From Azolla caroliniana (taxonomy: Eukaryota; Plantae; Polypodiophyta), in contig JBHGNT010000005.1 in assembly GCA_043228905.1 (NCBI GenBank), positions 19,716,001 to 19,780,000 of the forward strand: DNA of 64,000 nucleotides, written 5' to 3'. The notes under the pieces were generated by a model. The model worked only from the letters and a program-made list of their open reading frames with translations, was not told where the DNA came from and did not search any database. Positions 59,101 to 64,000 of this stretch are shown piece after piece. Numbering within the stretch: position 1 is the first letter of the stretch; every line of letters begins with the position of its first letter. Made by a program: the position numbers and the translations under genes.

Positions 59101-62100
59101 GCATGAGAACCACACATATGAACTTGTGGAGTTGCCGAAAGGAAAGCGGGCACTTCGAAACAAGTGGGTGTTCAAGCTGAAACCCGGAGATGCCGAAAAC
59201 CCCTCGAGATACAAAGCCAGGATCGTGGTGAAGGGGTTCCAACAGAAGAAGGGCGCCGACTTCGACGAGATATTTGCCCTGGTAGTGAAGATGACCTCCA
59301 TCCGGACGGTGCTGAGCATAGCGGCAAGCATGGACCTCGAGGTAGAACAGATGGACGTGAAGACGGCATTCCTTCACGGTGACCTCAAAGAAAAGATCTA
59401 CATGCAGCAACCGGAAGGATTCGAGAAGAAAGGGAAGGAGCACCTGGTATGCCGGTTGAAGAAGAGCCTTTACGGACTGAAGCAGGCTCCCCGGCAGTGG
59501 TACCGGAAGTTCGACTCTTTCATGACCGACGAAGGGTACCACAAAACGCAGTCCGATCACTGCGTGTTTGTGAAGAAGTTCGAAGGAGGAGACTTTCTAA
59601 TACTCCTCCTGTACGTGGACGACATGTTGATCGTTGGACGGGACCAGGTCAAGATACAGATGCTGAAGAAAGCGCTTCACCGAACCTTCTCAATGAAGGA
59701 CCTGGGTCCGGCGAGGCAAATACTAGGGATGCACATCATCCGGGACCGGAAGAAGAAGCAGTTGTGGCTGTCACAGGAGAAGTACGTGACAAAGGTGCTT
59801 CACCGGTTCAACATGCTGGAAGCAAGACCGGTCGGGTCAACCCTCCCGGCAAACTGCAAGTTGTCCAGCAAGCAAAGCCCCAAGACAAAGGCTGAGAAGG
59901 AGGACATGATGAAAGTACCATATGCCTCTGCCGTCGGAAGCTTGATGTACGCAATGGTGTGTTCCAGACCGGACATAGGATATGCAGTCGGAGTGGTGAG
60001 CCGGTACATGAGCAATCCCGGCAAGGAGCACTGGAACGCGGCCAAGTGGATACTCCGATACCTGAAGGGCACGGCAAACGTGTGCCTCCGATTCGGCTCC
60101 GGTAAGCCCGAACTCGACGGCTTTACCGATTCGGATATGTCGGCTGATGCAGATACCAGCCGGTCCACATCAGGGTATGTGATGACGTATGTAGGGGGAG
60201 CTGTTTCGTGGCAGTCGAGGCTACAGAAGACGGTTGCACTGTCAACCACGGAGGCGGAGTACATGGCGGCTGTTGAAGCCGGCAAGGAAATAATATGGAT
60301 GAAGGACTTCATTAGAGAGCTCGGTATCCGGCAGGAGGAGTACCGACTCTACTGCGACAGTCAGAGTGCCATCCACCTTGCAAAGAACGCTGCCTACCAT
60401 TCCCGGACGAAACACATCCAGCGTAGATACCACTGGATCCGGGAAAGGATAGAAGACAAGGAGTTCGTGCTGACGAAGATCCACACGGACGAGAACGGGT
60501 CGGATATGCTGACCAAGGTGCTCACACCCGACAAGCTGGAAGCATGCCGGAAGAGGATCGGATTGGAGAGACATCCCATGCCGAAGTGAAGGGGGAGTTT
60601 GTTGGGATTTCGGTCCCTCCGGATGGGATGTCCGTAGATAAATGACGGCAAGCCCGGTTGCGGTTACGGAACCGGAGGATGAAGAGTACCCGGCATGAAG
60701 CCGGATGAAGAGTACCCGGCTACGGATCCGGATGATGAAGACCCCGGCTACGGAGCCGGATGATGAAGACCCCGGCTACGGAGCCGGATGACGAATGTAC
60801 CCGGAGAGAGATCCGGATGCGGGGACATATTTGCTAATATGTTTCCCAAGGGCACTTGAGGCTATATTTGTAAATAGCCCGAAAGTCATATGTGTATAAA
60901 TATGACTTAGGGCAAACAGTTTATATGTTGTTGCTCATTTTTTCTGTTTTCTATTTAGAGGGAGCTAAGTGAGCAGCCGAGAGAGAGAGAGAGAGACGAA
61001 GAGGTCGTTGCCTCTGTGTATTACCGCCGCCTGTGGCGAAGACAGTGAGCTCAAGGTTGTTGCCTTGTAGCTTCACCATTGTACATCTCTGTTTATAGTG
61101 ATAGTTGGAGTTTGAGGACTCCCGTGGTTTTTCAAATTTAGGGTTTTCCACGTAAAACATCCTGTGTACTCTTCTCTCTATTGTCTTCGTGCATTTTGTA
61201 TTTCCTGTTTTCTGTGAGTTGATCCTATTCCTCGGTTGTGGCCGAGCACTGTGTTTAACACATATGCGACTCCTTAGCTTCCATCGATGTGAACATCGAG
61301 GAAAGTGAGATGGTCCAGGTCTGTATCGAGGGTTTGGCGTCGAAGTTTGGGGTGTTCCGAACTGCTATGTGTACCAGGGAGAATACGCCGTCCTTTTTCG
61401 ACTTACAGTCGATGCTCCTAGTAGAAGAGAACCACGCGGGTGCGTCAACAAGCACGCACACCGATAGCAAGATGATGTACACTGAGGGAGATAGGCCCCG
61501 TGGATGTGGAGGATGAGACGAGTCGGTGCGCAATGGAGGCGGCCAACGAGATCAAGGAAGGAGGCACCGAAATGATGCCGATAGCAATTACGGACCCTCC
61601 GGAAACAGGGGGAGTCGAGGCGATGAGAACTGGCAAGGGAAACCTGCCACGGAATGCTGGTATTATGGTAAGAAAGGCCACAGGGAGAGCGAGTGCTGGA
61701 AAAAGCGCACCGAGTCGGAGAGGACCGGTTCCAAATCTGGTTCCGGACATACCGACAAAGGAAACCGGCAGCTATCACACTACGCCGAAGGATCCGGAAA
61801 AGCTGGAAAAGGGTCTGCCTTCGTGACAAGACACGAAGCAAACTCAATGAAGCAAACCACCCCGAAATCGGATGAGGTGTGGTATGTCGAATCCTGCGCG
61901 TCAAATCACATGACGAGCCATAAGGAGTGGTTCTCGTACCTAGAAAAACCAATGCAACCGGGAGTAGTCACAACTGGAGACGACACTCCGCATCCGATCG
62001 CGAATGTCGGAGAAGTTCCCCTGAGCCATGTCGAGCACAAAGGGAAACTCATGAACGTGCTACACATTCTGATAATCACGAAGAACTTGGTGTCGGTCGG

Positions 62101-64000
62101 ACAAATCATCGACCAAGGGATGGAGGTCCGGTTTACACACCTCGGGTGCTTCATTGAGGAAGAAGGTCGTGTTATTGCGCAAGGGCGCAGAGATGGGAGG
62201 ATGTTCATCCTTGACTCTACTGACGGTGGCACCGCAATGTTCGCGAAGGGACAAAAAGTTGAGTCGGACATCGACTTATGGCACAAGAGGATAGGCCACG
62301 TCAACTACCAACGGCTTCAAGACCTGCAATCGAAACAAGTGGTGTTCAGATTGCCCAAATTTAGTGGCCAGAAGGCACAAATTTGTGAAGCCTACTAGCT
62401 TGGGAAGCAACACCGACTTCCTTTCCCCAACGAGCATAACCGAAGCCGGAACAAGCTCGACTTGATACACTCCGATGTGTGGGGGCCAACACAAAACGTT
62501 AGTCTTGGTGGGAGCCGATATTTCCTCTCCTTCATCGACAACTACACGCGGCACACGTGGATCTACCTCATTGAGAGGAAGAGCGAAGTCTTCGACTGTT
62601 TCCGGGACCTCAAAGGGTTCGTGGAAACGGAAACAAGAAGAAAGATCAAGTGCATGCGGTCGGATGGCGGAAAAGAATACTTTTCCGGTCAATTCAACGA
62701 TTATCTACAACAGATGGGAATTCGGCGCGAATTCAGTTGTAGATACACGCCGGAGCAAAACGGCGTGGCCGAGAGGAAAAATCGGTCAGTTGTGGAAGCG
62801 GCACAGGCAATGCTGGAGGAGAAGAGCTTGCCCAAGTTCTACTGGGCCGAGGCGGTAAGGACCGCGGTATACATCCAGAACCGGATCGAAGACAAAGCGT
62901 CGGCGCATGAGCTATATTTCGGAACGAAGCTGAACTTGCGACACTTACAAGTTTTCGGTAGCATTGCGTATGTGCATGTGCCGAAGGAGAAACGGAGGAA
63001 GCTAGACGCAAAGGCCGAGAAATGTATCTTGGTCGGTTACTTGAACGAGCAGAAGGGTTATAAGTGTTATAACCCGCGCACCAAACAAACGCGTGTGAGC
63101 CGCGATGTTGTGTTTGATGAGTATGCATCCTAGTACTTGCCTTCGACTCCGGATCTCAACTCCAATCTAAGCTTTGACGATGAGGTCAGCGAGACTGAGA
63201 TGCCTCCAGATGAGCCTGAAATCGAGACCCGCAAAGAGAGTCCGATTTCGTTTCGGTTAAGTGGACTGAATGGACAACTGAGTCGGTTCGACCAGTCCGA
63301 TGAAGAGCCGGCGAGTAGTGGAGACTCGACCGTGCATTCCCCGTGCAGGAAGCCGAGGAGACGGCTTACGCGCAAAGAGAAAGGGAAGAAGAAGGTGTCA
63401 GATTCTGGCACGGATAGGAACGAGTCAGACCGACGCGAGTCTGCCTCCGAGGGAAACGGTGACGGGTCTTCAAGAGCGAAGTCCGCGTCGGCCGAGAAGA
63501 CCTCGACATCAACTAATGACCGATTACACCGATCTACCCGCCAGAAGAACCCAGTTGTGCGGTTCAGATACAACGAGTACATGGCGCATCATTATGTGTA
63601 CATGACTCGTGTAGCTGAAGTGCGTGAGCCGGAGAGCTACGTAGAAGCAGCTAAGGATGCAAATTGGCGTGCCACGACGGAGGAAGAGATGCATGCATTG
63701 GCGGAAAACGAGACCTGGGACCTGGTTGACGCACCGAAGGGTGTGAAGCCGATCGGATGTAGGTGGGTGTACAAGGTCAAGTACAACACCAACGGCTTGG
63801 TCAACCAATACAAGGCCCGGTTAATGGCAAAAGGCTACGCGCAGAAACACGGCATCGACTACGATGAGACGTTTGCGCCGGTCGCGAAGATGACGATCGT
63901 CCGTGTTTTGCTCGCGGTAGCTGCGACAAAGGGGTGACACTTACATCAGATGGATGTAAAGAATGCGTTCCTGCAAGGTGAGCTTGAGGAACAGGTGTAC

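Larger units (their letters stand above)
51114..61260 (+). mobile_element. Copia family A element A2 (mutated gag-pol 56535-60589)
   Basis: TSD CATAT; 5' LTR split as 51114-51314 + 56156-56503; PBS at 56507; 3' LTR 60600-61260; stop at 56928-56930; 19-bp deletion near 58816. Confidence 0.93.
50239..64000 (+). mobile_element. Degenerate Copia family B element B3 (runs off the window), interrupted by A2
   Basis: LTR 50239-50637; PBS TGGTATCAGAGC at 50638; gag 50720-51113 resumes at 61266. CWYYGKKGHRESEC, PR, IN (HSDVWGP, DGGKEY), RT start; several stops. Confidence 0.92.

Overview
Land-plant nuclear DNA, probably from a fern or other seed-free vascular plant (inferred from the PLS-type PPR and the Tcn1/Tf1-like chromoviruses). 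The first 6 kb hold two convergent, apparently intronless host genes: a phytolongin (+) and a PLS-E class PPR (-). The remaining ~55 kb is a deeply nested transposon stack. It contains a Tnt1/Tork-like Copia family A (one intact element, one near-intact, one mutated, one old copy, one solo LTR), three copies of a second Copia family B, two chromovirus Gypsy copies, hAT elements nested in a split LINE, an AGCT-palindrome satellite and a 100-N gap. Most notable are: (1) a young tRNA-Trp-primed, pol-less LTR element encoding one intact 1419-aa Gag-like/tandem-repeat/Arg-Trp protein; (2) this element and a related remnant both have 4-bp ACGT target duplications; (3) the chromovirus has a self-priming PBS, a G_TTA_AAC/pseudoknot -1 frameshift signal and an antisense tRNA-like module at the start of its LTR; (4) Copia family A is strongly CCGG-enriched and has an LTR VNTR. 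All calls are by eye; no searches were run.
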